DNA of 61,726 nt, the filler included. It is 6 parts of 6 records of this genome, joined end to end, with 100 filler letters (N's around TTAATTAATTAA, not from the genome) between each part and the next. Parts side by side here need not be neighbours in the genome. Positions count along the whole stretch, not along the records: positions 12,248 to 22,338 come from DRR723986_11793; positions 22,439 to 37,324 come from DRR723986_11797; 4 more parts are not named here. The stretch is one strand, 5' to 3'. Under the pieces are notes generated by a model. It worked only from the letters and a program-made list of their open reading frames with translations. It searched no databases and was not told the DNA's origin. How positions within the stretch are numbered: the first letter of the stretch is position 1; every line of letters starts with the position of its first letter. Positions 20,879 to 30,335 of the stretch are shown in pieces. Position numbers and translations under genes: made by a program.

Positions 20879-22009
20879 CTATTCGATATAGGGGGTTGGG
20901 TCGACCGACTCAAAGCCCTGCCGCACCTCGAAATGCAGGAAGGCCGGGTCGCCTGCGCCGACGTCGGCGATGGTCTGCCCGCGCGCCACGGTGTCGCCCC
21001 GCGCCACCCGGATGTTGTCGATATTGGCATAAACCGTCAGCAGGTTGCCGGGATGGCGCAGGACCAGGATCGGCACCTGATCGGTGTCACGGGTGATGGC
21101 CGCAACTTCACCAGCCGCAGCGGCGCGAACCGGTGTTCCCGCCGTGGCCGACAGGTCGATGCCTTCGTTACGGGTGCTGTAGGGGCGCAGAATCTGGCCG
21201 GGAACCGGGCGCTGCATCTGCGGCTCCGAATTGGCCGCTGCGGTCTCGGAAGGCGTCGGGGTCGGGTCGTCCAGCGCCGGGGCTTCGGGCAGTTCTGCCG
21301 TGGCGATCGCCTCTGGCAACGGATCCGACGCAGAGGGCGGAACCGGTGTCACGGAATCGCCCGGCGCGTTCCCGTCAGGTGCCGAGGAGGCTTCTTCCAG
21401 CACAATCGGGATTATCAGGAATTGCCCCTCACGCACGGTCAATTCCGGCCCCAGCCCGTTCCATTCGGCAAGCGCCCGCACTGACACGCCATAGAGCCGC
21501 GACACGGAATAGGCGGTTTCGCCCCGCGCGACACGATGGCGAACCGGCTCCGCCCCGCCCTGAACTTGCAGGGCCGGCGCGGCAGGTGTTGTCGGTGCAT
21601 CCGCATCCGCCCGGTCAATTGCCGCGGAGGCGATCGACGTGATGTCGGTCGTGCTGCTTGCTGCCCCCGGAGGCGTGATCCTGCGAGGCAGGGCCAAAAC
21701 TTCGCCATCATGCAGAAGATCCGTTTCGTTCCGGCCGTTGAAGCGCGCCAGTTCCCCCGCATCCATTCCGATCCGAGCTGCAACGGCGCTGAGACTGTCA
21801 CCGCGATTGGCGACCACGACCTGATATGTGGGATAGGTGATCAGCCCGAACTGATCGGGCTCGGGTCGGGCTGCGGTTGCAGCTTCGGTTCCGGGGGTTG
21901 TGGCGGTGATACCGTTGTTGCGAAGGTCGAAGTCGAAACCGCCGGGCGTGTTACATGCCGCCAGCAGTGGCAGGGTCAGACCAAGGGCGATCTGCGAAAA
22001 TCTGTTCAT
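20879..22009 (-). CDS. LysM/M23 peptidase lipoprotein (NlpD-like)
   Basis: Lipobox LAAC, two LysM repeats, M23 domain ending LHFEVR; lies downstream of pcm. Confidence 0.9.
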   Translation of the reverse strand: MNRFSQIALGLTLPLLAACNTPGGFDFDLRNNGITATTPGTEAATAARPEPDQFGLITYPTYQVVVANRGDSLSAVAARIGMDAGELARFNGRNETDLLHDGEVLALPRRITPPGAASSTTDITSIASAAIDRADADAPTTPAAPALQVQGGAEPVRHRVARGETAYSVSRLYGVSVRALAEWNGLGPELTVREGQFLIIPIVLEEASSAPDGNAPGDSVTPVPPSASDPLPEAIATAELPEAPALDDPTPTPSETAAANSEPQMQRPVPGQILRPYSTRNEGIDLSATAGTPVRAAAAGEVAAITRDTDQVPILVLRHPGNLLTVYANIDNIRVARGDTVARGQTIADVGAGDPAFLHFEVRQGFESVDPTPYIE

Positions 22010-22136
22010 CGGCTCTGCAACCTCAATTCTGTATGAAACAATGGCCCACTTATCTTGGGACGCGGCGCGGCACCGGTCATGCGGGTTTCAGGGGTTTTAC
22101 ACGCGAATCGCCTTCGGTTTCCAGCCCCGAGGCCCC

Positions 22137-22338
22137 TCAGTCCTGCGCCATGCCTTCTATCAGCGGAACAAAGCGCACCGGGCAAAGCTCGTCATAATGC
22201 AAACCTTGCGCTGTCTTGGTAACCTTGATCAGGCTTTGCACCGCATCCGACTGCCCGACAGGCAGCACCATGATGCCACCCTCCTTCAGTTGCGCCAGCA
22301 GCGGTCCCGGCGGGTCTTCGGCGGCGGCGGTCACAATG
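22137..22338 (-). CDS. pcm: protein-L-isoaspartate O-methyltransferase (5' truncated)
   Basis: [28 protein letters not shown]...VRFVPLIEG. Confidence 0.9.
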
Positions 22339-22438
22339 NNNNNNNNNNNNNNNNNNNNNNNNNNNNNNNNNNNNNNNNNNNNTTAATTAATTAANNNNNN
22401 NNNNNNNNNNNNNNNNNNNNNNNNNNNNNNNNNNNNNN
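22339..22438. other. artificial contig linker
   Basis: N-TTAATTAATTAA-N. Confidence 0.99.
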
Positions 22439-22468
22439 TCAGAGGTTCAAATCCTCTTGGGTGCGCCA
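22439..22468 (+). tRNA. 3' part of a tRNA (T-arm, acceptor strand, CCA), probably tRNA-Arg; likely att core
   Basis: AGAGG-TTCAAAT-CCTCT T-arm followed by TGGGTGCG-CCA; anticodon not present, so the isotype is inferred from the acceptor stem. Confidence 0.8.
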
Positions 22469-22516
22469 ATAAAATCAAGTCTTTAGCCGACTTCACCCAG
22501 CCCCTCGAAAAGTTTT

Positions 22517-22535
22517 TGTAAGCATTGTGTAAGCA
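22517..22535. repeat. TGTAAGCA direct repeat pair, putative integrase arm-type sites
   Basis: Copies at 22517 and 22528 (11-bp period), about 50 bp from the tRNA end. Confidence 0.5.
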
Positions 22536-22615
22536 GCGGCACGGCATCGGGCCTCAGTGCGCAAGGTGCTTCTTCAAGCTTAACAGCATAACCCTCCCTC
22601 TATTTTGCGAAATAG

Positions 22616-22732
22616 GTGGGGAAGCGGGGAACGTCCCGAAATTTCATAATTTTATTATTAAAAACAGCGCATTATGAAGCGCAAGCGCTCCCCACCCGCC
22701 GGGGATTGCCCGGGGAATGGGGATGGGGAACG
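22616..22732. repeat. iteron-like putative replication origin downstream of the primase
   Basis: Six GGGGA(A) copies plus an inverted TCCCC flanking an AT-rich core (22640-22665). Confidence 0.6.
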
Positions 22733-22747
22733 CTTTCTGTCCCGCGT

Positions 22748-25459
22748 TTAGTTGTCGAAAATCGCCGACGAAATCACGTAACAGCGGGGATGACCGATAC
22801 CGGCCACTTTTCGCTTCTTGGTCAGGCGGCCATCCCGGCCGGTTTCAATCGCCCCGGCATCCCGCAGCGCCCTTGCCGCCGCTTCCGGATCAAGCCCGCC
22901 CTGGCGACAGACCTGCTTCCAGGCTTCGGCGAAAAACGCCCATTCCCGGCCTCCGTCCTCGCGCTCGACAACCACGCCAACACGGTCGCGAAGCGATGCC
23001 GCCGGCTCGATCGCATCATCCGCCTGGAACCGGCTGGCGCCATGGGCTTCGATGAAAGCCCGGACATAGTCGACGGCGTTCCGGTCCTCGGCTGAATGGC
23101 AGCCCCCACGGGCTTCCAGCCAGTCCGCAAAGGACCTCTCAGCCGCCCGCGTAGGCTCGCCAGCCGGCCATGGCGCGACGCCCGCCTCGATCGCCGCCTC
23201 GCCCGCAGCCGCGATCATGGCGAACCGCCCGGCCGCCCGCCGAACCTGACCATCCGCCCCCTCGGGCGTGTTCTGGTCTTCGAACATGCGACAGCGCACC
23301 AGGAAGATTTCGACGGCAACATCGATCCGCGGGACAAGCCATTCGAGGAAAGCGGGGCCGGCATGCCCGTAGTGAGCGCCAGCCGCTTGCCTGATATGAT
23401 CGGCAAGCGCCGCCGCCCCGGGCTTACCGTGAAGAGATTCAAAGAGCCCGCAGCCCGCCCCGGCATCCGCCGGCAGGTCCAAAACTCGAACCTCTTGGCC
23501 CGCCGCCTGCCGGCCGCGCCCATCTTCGGCGATCTTGTCGGCAAGCGACAGTTCGCCGGTAGACAGGAAAATCACCCGCCAGGTCTTCGACCGCCGGGCA
23601 TCCCCCTCCCGGCTCGCCCTCGCCTTTCCCTGCCCATTGGCCAGCATGTAAGCCGCGGCGCCTGCATCTCGGCCGCTGACCTGCCCCATTTCGTCGAGGC
23701 ACAACAGCGTGTCCGTATGGGCTTCGGCTACCCCTTCCAAGCCGTTCGCCGTCGCGCGCCAGGTGCGCAGGAAATCCCTCCCACCCCAAACACTCGCCGC
23801 CGCATGCAGCGCCGTTGTCTTCCCCGTCGAAGATCCGCCGCGAAGATGGACACCGCCGCCCTCCCGCATGGCCGGCATCAGGAAAGGCCCGCAGAAGGCG
23901 GCCGACATCGCCAGCATCAGGCGGCTATTCCCGACAGCGAACCGCGCGACGCCATCGCGCCACCCGTCAAGCGTGCCATTCTGGAAATAGCCGTGTTCGG
24001 CGCCTTCGAGACAGATAAGCGCCTCGCCGGCGAGGTTCCCCGCCGAGAAGGCCCGATCGGGAAGCGCGAAGACGTGATCGCTGACCCAACCCGTCCGGGT
24101 GTAGTGCCGTGCATGATCAAGGCGCCCGGCATTGATCCAGGCGCGCAGGCGAGCGGTCGAATTCTTGTCGGCCGCGATGAATAACCCCGCCTCGGCAAGC
24201 CGCGGGATGAAATCTTCCTTCCTCCCCGCCCATGAGGCCGAAGGCAGGATGACGCGCCGAGTGCAGCCCTTGCGGGTCACGATCTCGAACAGCCTTTCGG
24301 AGCGGCCGTCAGCGTCTTCCATCTCGTAGAGCGGCCTAATGTAACCGGCGAGGCGAACATAGGCCCCGCCGTCCGCTTCCTTATCGTCGAAATACCAGAG
24401 GCAGGACTCTTCAGCATCGAGAATAAAGGGATCGGGTGCAGCGTCCTCGTTGTTCTCCCAGCACCGCGACCATGCCCGGTTCCGGGTGTCGAAGTCGCGG
24501 GTGTCGGCTGGGCCATAGCCGAAACCCTTAGCGCTCCATTCGGCGACGGCTTCCCGGAATTGCGATTCCGACAAACCGGCCAGACGGCAGAAACGGGCGA
24601 AGGCGAATTCGGCGCCGCTTCGTGATTGGTCATTCTGGAAGTCGCACTCGCCGCGCTCGATCAGCTTAAGGGCTTGGCGACAGTGCGGCGCGCGGGAACT
24701 TTTAGCCCAGCGCGCCAGCGCCGCCAGGCCCGGCATTTCCCTGCCCCCTTCAATCACCGCGAATTGCACCCGCGCCTTCGCCAACGCCTCGGCCTGGGCG
24801 GGCTTAGACACCCTCGCCGGTCTTTTGGGCTTCTTCGCCCGTTTGCCCGAAAGAGCCTGGCCGACGTCATCTATCAGCCGCCGCAATTGCGCGACGTCGA
24901 CATGGGCGAGATGTTCCGGAGTGCCTTCAAGATGCCAGCCCGTCACCGTGAAATAGCGCCCAGCCGTATACAGATCGATGCAAGGCGGATGCTCGCCGGT
25001 TCCGCCTTTCCACGTCTTCGCGCCGCCCTTTGTCAGGTCCTCGCGCACCGCCTCGATGGCCTCTGCCGATGCCAGCGCGAACGTCTTGAGCCCGGTCTTT
25101 GATGGGCTGATCTCGGTATAGCTGCCGAAGCAATCAACCGCCGCCCGCGCCCAGTCTAGGAGCGCGCCGGTCTCGGGATCTCGACATGAGTCGAGATCGA
25201 GACCGATCAGGAAATCGCCGGAGTCGAGTTCGCCCAGGACGATACCGACGCCAGCATGCCCCCGGGCTTCGGCCAGCGCTTCGGCTTCGGCGCGCGTCGC
25301 CCAGGTTGCCGGGTCAGTCGACGATGCCGGGCCGCTCGCGCAGAACGGCATCTTTGTTGCCTTGCCCTTGCGATCTATCGAAGCCCAGGACACCCAGCGG
25401 CGCGTATGGGCCAGCGCGGCGAATGGGTCAGGTTTTGTTGAAGCCTCTTGCGTCATCAT
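22748..25459 (-). CDS. prim-pol (NrS-1-like) / DUF927 primase-helicase
   Basis: ASSTDPATW, GLDLD and YTEISPSKTG N-terminal domain; GGSSTGKTT Walker A, WRATANGLEG, LDEMG; ATGA overlap with the upstream gene. Confidence 0.88.
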   Translation of the reverse strand: MMTQEASTKPDPFAALAHTRRWVSWASIDRKGKATKMPFCASGPASSTDPATWATRAEAEALAEARGHAGVGIVLGELDSGDFLIGLDLDSCRDPETGALLDWARAAVDCFGSYTEISPSKTGLKTFALASAEAIEAVREDLTKGGAKTWKGGTGEHPPCIDLYTAGRYFTVTGWHLEGTPEHLAHVDVAQLRRLIDDVGQALSGKRAKKPKRPARVSKPAQAEALAKARVQFAVIEGGREMPGLAALARWAKSSRAPHCRQALKLIERGECDFQNDQSRSGAEFAFARFCRLAGLSESQFREAVAEWSAKGFGYGPADTRDFDTRNRAWSRCWENNEDAAPDPFILDAEESCLWYFDDKEADGGAYVRLAGYIRPLYEMEDADGRSERLFEIVTRKGCTRRVILPSASWAGRKEDFIPRLAEAGLFIAADKNSTARLRAWINAGRLDHARHYTRTGWVSDHVFALPDRAFSAGNLAGEALICLEGAEHGYFQNGTLDGWRDGVARFAVGNSRLMLAMSAAFCGPFLMPAMREGGGVHLRGGSSTGKTTALHAAASVWGGRDFLRTWRATANGLEGVAEAHTDTLLCLDEMGQVSGRDAGAAAYMLANGQGKARASREGDARRSKTWRVIFLSTGELSLADKIAEDGRGRQAAGQEVRVLDLPADAGAGCGLFESLHGKPGAAALADHIRQAAGAHYGHAGPAFLEWLVPRIDVAVEIFLVRCRMFEDQNTPEGADGQVRRAAGRFAMIAAAGEAAIEAGVAPWPAGEPTRAAERSFADWLEARGGCHSAEDRNAVDYVRAFIEAHGASRFQADDAIEPAASLRDRVGVVVEREDGGREWAFFAEAWKQVCRQGGLDPEAAARALRDAGAIETGRDGRLTKKRKVAGIGHPRCYVISSAIFDN

Positions 25460-25926
25460 TTCAGCGCCGCCCAATTCGGTTCGAGCCCGGCGAAATCGTC
25501 GCAATAGATTTCTGCATCGGTGTAACTGAGCCCCATCAGGTCGGCGATGAATTCAACCGGGTCATGGCTCTTGCTTGAACACCACGACTTGAAAAATTGT
25601 CCGCGGCCGAATTCGACTTGCAGCACCCGGCTGCCGAAGCTTGTGAAGATATAGGTCAAATTCACGGTGCAAATATAGCTTCCCGCAAAGGCACCCCGGC
25701 TGTGTGCGGCGGCGAGGCCCTCCCAGCGTTGCCGGGTGAGATCCGGATCGAGGCGTGCCGCTCCGCATACGGAATCCCATTTGCGCTCCGAAACGCACCA
25801 TTGCGGCACGTCCGGGCGATCATTTTCCAGCATCGCCGAAATCCCCTTCGCCCCTTCGCGATACTGGATTCGGATGTCGCCCGATTCCGGCTTCAGGCCT
25901 TCCGGCAAGTAGATCGTCAACGACAT
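25456..25926 (-). CDS. hypothetical protein, C-terminus resembling a degenerate primase CHC2 domain
   Basis: Translationally coupled on both sides; ...SKSHDPVEFIADLMGLSYTDA. Confidence 0.6.
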   Translation of the reverse strand: MSLTIYLPEGLKPESGDIRIQYREGAKGISAMLENDRPDVPQWCVSERKWDSVCGAARLDPDLTRQRWEGLAAAHSRGAFAGSYICTVNLTYIFTSFGSRVLQVEFGRGQFFKSWCSSKSHDPVEFIADLMGLSYTDAEIYCDDFAGLEPNWAALK

Positions 25927-26222
25927 TAGTTTTCTCCGGTGTCAGAGGTGGAAGATTGAAGACGGCCCAGCTTGGCTTTGGCCCAGGCGCGTAGTTCTAT
26001 GACTGGATAAAGGACGCTGTTATTGAACTTCTGAAACTTTGGGCCGCCGCCTACACTTGCCAGCTTGGCCAGAGTTCTTGGCGCATACTGAATGCCGTAC
26101 TCGATAAGCAGGAATTCGCTCGCCTCGGCCCGGCGTAGCCTTGTCTTGTTGCGAAGGTGGGCCGGCAGCAGGCAAGCCGCCGGGGTTCCCACCTCTTCGG
26201 CGGGCTTTTTCGTCTTAACCAT
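25926..26222 (-). CDS. AlpA/excisionase-like DNA-binding protein
   Basis: LRRAEASEFL...TLAKLASVGGGPKF...VLYPVIELRAWA; AAAGGA RBS. Confidence 0.8.
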   Translation of the reverse strand: MVKTKKPAEEVGTPAACLLPAHLRNKTRLRRAEASEFLLIEYGIQYAPRTLAKLASVGGGPKFQKFNNSVLYPVIELRAWAKAKLGRLQSSTSDTGEN

Positions 26223-26240
26223 TTTGGTGTTCCTTTCTGC

Positions 26241-26570
26241 TTACGCGGCTAAGCGCGCCTTTTGTGCAGCCCCAATTAGATTCTCTACCCGTCGAATTCC
26301 GTCCTTGAGCGAACAGTCTTCGATAAAGGCAATCGCCTTGATAATATCTCGAAGCACCACGGCGCCGGTCATCATGGCGCAGTGGCCCGAGCGGAGATCG
26401 ATCAGGTACGAACCCGGAAAGCGGGCGGCGCCCGGGAGGATTACGCCAGACCAGAAAGCGCCGTGACGACTGCCTTTCGGGATCAGGCGCGCCGCGATTT
26501 CGGGCAAGTAGTCGAGCGCATCGTCGCGGACGCGGTTATAGTGGCGGATGTCGAAAGTTGCGCGGGTCAT
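26241..26570 (-). CDS. hypothetical protein, degenerate CHC2-like primase accessory domain
   Basis: LIPKGSRHGAFW...PGSYLIDLRSG...DIIKAIAFI pattern; ATGA coupling. Confidence 0.55.
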   Translation of the reverse strand: MTRATFDIRHYNRVRDDALDYLPEIAARLIPKGSRHGAFWSGVILPGAARFPGSYLIDLRSGHCAMMTGAVVLRDIIKAIAFIEDCSLKDGIRRVENLIGAAQKARLAA

Positions 26571-27244
26571 TGCGGTTTCTCCGCTTCAACATACAATCGG
26601 CCTACCGGTGCCAAGTCGTGAACCCAAAGGGATCGCACGTTTGCGACACCCTTTTGACGTTCACGCAAGTCTTCGCCGTATTCTATCCCCAATCCAGGCG
26701 GGCCATAGATCACAACAAGCCCCCGCCCTTTCGGGTCCTGATCGCCCGCCTGATCGAGAAAAACGATTTCACAAATCCTTGCAGGGTTTCGGGTCATTGA
26801 AATGCGAACAGTGCCGAATGTGGCGAAATCCTTGTGCGCAGACGCTGAGATCAGCGCTGTAATCATATCGCCAAGATTCGACGGCGCACCTTTCGAAAGC
26901 CCCAGACCGGGAACGTCTTTGAGGAATTCCTTGATGTAGTCCTGCCCCTGATATTCCCTTGGATCGACGATCGCCCGGCGCGGCCCCAATTCAACATAGG
27001 ATGATCTGGGCGATTTCAGAACGAACGGCACAACAGCACTAACTTCGGCAGCCATGTCACAGCCAAGAATCGCCGCTACAAAGTTAGTCGCATCATCTGG
27101 CGTCGTGAATGACCTTGGGCGCCCCATTCCATCAGTATGACGTAACCCGGCAAGTACAAGGTTTCGGTCAAAATTTCGCACGGTCTTTTCGGGCCATCCA
27201 GTGGCCTCGACCATCGCTGTAATCAATTCACTTGTGCGAGCCAA
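26567..27244 (-). CDS. putative winged-helix regulator, first gene of the replication operon
   Basis: GGAG RBS, TTG start; SELITAMVEATGWPEKTVRNFDRNLVLAGL helix pattern. Confidence 0.6.
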   Translation of the reverse strand: MARTSELITAMVEATGWPEKTVRNFDRNLVLAGLRHTDGMGRPRSFTTPDDATNFVAAILGCDMAAEVSAVVPFVLKSPRSSYVELGPRRAIVDPREYQGQDYIKEFLKDVPGLGLSKGAPSNLGDMITALISASAHKDFATFGTVRISMTRNPARICEIVFLDQAGDQDPKGRGLVVIYGPPGLGIEYGEDLRERQKGVANVRSLWVHDLAPVGRLYVEAEKPQ

Positions 27245-27261
27245 AACGAATCTCCAATGCC

Positions 27262-27304
27262 TGAGTCTGACTCAACCATACAGCATGCCCTAAAGGACCG
27301 TCAA
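27262..27304 (-). promoter_or_regulatory. sigma70-like promoter with a palindromic operator
   Basis: Minus strand TTGACG (27304-27299), N18, TATGGT (27280-27275); palindrome TGAGTC-T-GACTCA at 27262-27274. Confidence 0.55.
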
Positions 27305-27491
27305 TGATTTAGTTGAGTTCGCCTTATTTTAACGCTGGACAGGTGCCGGGCCTCGCTGCATCGCCACTCAAGCACGTTCCGAAAGGCACTTTCAAAGAAG
27401 CAAAATGACCCGAGTGGACATGCTGTTATTCAAGGTTTATCGACAAGCTAATCCGCCCACAGATATTATTCTGCCAGAAACTTATATGCGT

Positions 27492-28073
27492 TCAACTATC
27501 TCGGCGAAGTCTATCAGCCAATTCGACCGCTTCGAGCGCAGCACCTTGGTCTGAGTTGACGACTTTTAGCGCGACGGCATGTGAAGACATAGCGCTGGAA
27601 GAAACCGCTCTTGCTATTTCTGGCAATGCATTCAAGGCTTGCTCTAGCAACAGTTCGCGGTGCGCTAAGCCCTTCGCCGTGTATTGATCAATTTCTTCGG
27701 CCGTCAGCTGACCGTACCCAAGGGCCCTAAGAAGCTCATTGATCAGCAAACCTTCGCGACGAGTGGACTCCTGATTTACCGCGTCCGCGTTCTCCGGGGT
27801 CGGTTCCAATCTCACACTATCCATATAATTCCTGTAAGCTGAGAGTACTCTCGAATTCCCAGGAAAATGCATTGGGAGAGTGCGGATGGCCCAGCTATAT
27901 CCTGGATCGGCGTATCGACCACGAGTCGCCAGAAGCGTCTGAAGGATCGTTTCTTTCTGTTCCCGTTTTCTCCGCCTATGTTCCCACCACAGTGTGATGG
28001 TGACGGCTGACGCCGGTCCTAAGAATGCCGCCAATATGGCTCCTATCCCTAACCACGTTGTCAATTTGCGCAC
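27492..28073 (-). CDS. membrane-anchored DUF6680-like protein (cargo)
   Basis: N-terminal TM helix, ILQTLLATRG motif; lower GC than flanks. Confidence 0.6.
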   Translation of the reverse strand: MRKLTTWLGIGAILAAFLGPASAVTITLWWEHRRRKREQKETILQTLLATRGRYADPGYSWAIRTLPMHFPGNSRVLSAYRNYMDSVRLEPTPENADAVNQESTRREGLLINELLRALGYGQLTAEEIDQYTAKGLAHRELLLEQALNALPEIARAVSSSAMSSHAVALKVVNSDQGAALEAVELADRLRRDS

Positions 28074-28253
28074 CCCCGCTGACTAGGTTTGGTTGAGACA
28101 CAATCAACATACAGTGAAATACCATAGCTTCAAGAAGCCGCCTCTAGCGCAGATTATGCAAGATGAGTTGAAGTCTCCTTCTTTGATCACCTCAAAAGTA
28201 AAGCACGCTTTGCCCGATGGCAGCTTCGGACTACTTTTGGTGGTTCAGTATAG

Positions 28254-29864
28254 TCATACGAAGCAGAATCCACGCGATTCATACGGGCTCGGCGCGGCGT
28301 CCGTTGCGATCAGCCTGCCGATTGCCATAGCCGCGGCGACCGCGCCATCGATCCGGCCGCGGGCCTTCGCTTTCGTGAATTTCTCATTTTCCGTCGGGTC
28401 GACCTCCGCGACAACGTTGGCGAAGTTCATCCGCAGGATCGGGTTGCCGCCATGCCGGAAGCGCTTCGCCAGGATCGCCTTCTTTATCTCCTTCACCGGC
28501 GCCGCCATGCTGGCGAAGCCCTGGCCGAAGGCCGCCACCTCGAAACCCTCGGCCTGAAGCGCGACCGTGACGGCCGTTGAGTTCCAGCGGTCGATGGCGA
28601 CTTCACGAACGCCATAGCGCTGGCCGAGTTCGACCACATGCTCGATAAGCGCGGCATGGTCGATGACGGTCCCGGGTGTCAGCGTCAGGAACCCCTCTTC
28701 GGCCCATTGAAGGTAGTTTGCGGCGTCGGCGTCGCCCTTGCGGGCGATCGAGTCCTCGGGAAGGAAAAAATGCGCCAGCAAGTTATAGGAGCGCGCCTCC
28801 CCTTCCCCATCCGGAAAGACAGCGACAACGGCGCTAAGGTCCTCGACAGATGACAGGTCGACGCCCACCCAGCACGGCCGCCCGATCAGGTCTTCTTCCG
28901 GCGTTATCGGCTCGGCCTGGTCATAGAGGCCGAGATCCACCCACGGCTCGGCGGCGCCTTCGGTCCAGATATTGAGGTGATAGCGCTTGAAGTCGGCGAT
29001 CTCTGCCGGGAAGTGCTGAATCCGCCGCGCCTTCGTCCGCAATTCTTCGAGCGACAGGAAGCCGGCATCGATCGCGGGATTGGCCGCGCGCCAGGCGCTT
29101 TCATCGCGCCAGTCGGCGTCCGGCGGCGCGGCAAAAATGATCGGTGCGAATGAGGGGTCCTCAATCTCGCCTGACGCCACCTTTTGTGAATAATCCCACA
29201 GGTCATGCGCCAAGCCGCCCATGCCTTCGCCAGCCGTCGAAATGATGACCGTGAGCGGATGGGCGCGCTTCACCATGGAGTCCGTGACCGTCTTGAACAG
29301 CTTGCGCGCTTCGCTCGGCTGCCAGGCGTGGATCTCATCGGCGAGGAAAAACGACACGTTAAGCCCGTGCTTCGAATAGGCTTCGCTCGAAATCGCCTTT
29401 AGCGTCGAACGGGATTTCGGATGCATCAGCGTTTTGCGGCTTTCGATGGCGCGGACACGGGCGGCGAGCGCCTGATCCTGCTGAACAAAAGCGTGCGAGG
29501 AATTGAATGCGATCCCGGCATTCTCCCGATCGGCTGCCGCCATCACGATCTGGCCGCCGGCCTCATTCTCCGGCCCCAGGAAGTGGGCGAGGCTCAGCGC
29601 CGAGGCGAGCGTCGTTTTCGCATTTCCGCGCGGCACCCAGATTGCGGCCATGCGCACAAGCGGGCGCCCGGCTTCATCGACCGGGCCATATATGCGCCGG
29701 ATGATCGCGCGCTGGAAATCATGCAGCGTAAACGGCTGGCCGGCGAAGTCGCCTTCCCACAATTTCAGCCGCGAGACGAACCGCTCGATCCGGTCGGCGC
29801 GGCCGGTCGGGTCGGGATAGAGCGCCGGATCAGGCGAGAAGAGAGGAGTCGTCGTTCCAGCCAT
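28254..29864 (-). CDS. terL: terminase large subunit (Terminase_1/HK97 type)
   Basis: VPRGNAKTT Walker A, LADEIH Walker B, IISTAG, GVDLS, IDGAVAAAMA nuclease motifs. Confidence 0.95.
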   Translation of the reverse strand: MAGTTTPLFSPDPALYPDPTGRADRIERFVSRLKLWEGDFAGQPFTLHDFQRAIIRRIYGPVDEAGRPLVRMAAIWVPRGNAKTTLASALSLAHFLGPENEAGGQIVMAAADRENAGIAFNSSHAFVQQDQALAARVRAIESRKTLMHPKSRSTLKAISSEAYSKHGLNVSFFLADEIHAWQPSEARKLFKTVTDSMVKRAHPLTVIISTAGEGMGGLAHDLWDYSQKVASGEIEDPSFAPIIFAAPPDADWRDESAWRAANPAIDAGFLSLEELRTKARRIQHFPAEIADFKRYHLNIWTEGAAEPWVDLGLYDQAEPITPEEDLIGRPCWVGVDLSSVEDLSAVVAVFPDGEGEARSYNLLAHFFLPEDSIARKGDADAANYLQWAEEGFLTLTPGTVIDHAALIEHVVELGQRYGVREVAIDRWNSTAVTVALQAEGFEVAAFGQGFASMAAPVKEIKKAILAKRFRHGGNPILRMNFANVVAEVDPTENEKFTKAKARGRIDGAVAAAMAIGRLIATDAAPSPYESRGFCFV

Positions 29865-30243
29865 CGTCGGCAGGGTCCTTCCGTACCGTCTTCGCCTGGG
29901 CTTTCGGCGTCAGTTCAAGCAGCGCCGCCACACGGCACACCGTCGACATGGCCTGGTTTTGAAGGCGCGCCAGCGGGTGCAGCGCCACATTCCCCTTCTG
30001 GCCGGCGACCGTGCGGCCTTCCTCGGACATTACCTTTTCGGCCTCGATCACCTGGCCAGCGGCAATGCAGTAGGTTTCGAGCAGCGCCAGCACGTCAGGG
30101 GTCAGAACAATGCGCGCGGCGAGTTGCGCGCCGGTGCGCTTCCATTCGGCTTGCGCCTCGGCCGCCATCCAGCGCGGCGCGGGCGGAAGCTTGCCCTTGC
30201 CGCCGGCGATCGGAATCAGTTTGGGCTTGTTACCTCGGGTCAT
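29830..30243 (-). CDS. terS: terminase small subunit, P27 family
   Basis: PPAPRWM..EAQAEW...LLETYC...HPL...LELTP; overlaps the terL start. Confidence 0.9.
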   Translation of the reverse strand: MTRGNKPKLIPIAGGKGKLPPAPRWMAAEAQAEWKRTGAQLAARIVLTPDVLALLETYCIAAGQVIEAEKVMSEEGRTVAGQKGNVALHPLARLQNQAMSTVCRVAALLELTPKAQAKTVRKDPADDGWNDDSSLLA

Positions 30244-30249
30244 GGTTTT

Positions 30250-30335
30250 TCACTCCCTGAATTGCGCAATATTGCGTGCGAGACCCCCCCGCCGGTTCCC
30301 GGCCTTCCTATTGGAAATTCGGAAGCCCCCCCGGG
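30250..30335 (-). promoter_or_regulatory. putative cos packaging region between HNH and terS
   Basis: Minus strand G-run (CCCGGGGGG) ... GGAACCGGCGGGGGGTC; this position and G-run pattern are typical of HK97-like cos phages. Confidence 0.6.

Noticed and set aside
23096-24184. Long plus-strand ORFs opposite the primase and portal (also 32773-34080, 10758-11984, 14399-15463)
   Set aside because: Shadow ORFs from high-GC codon bias, with no motifs
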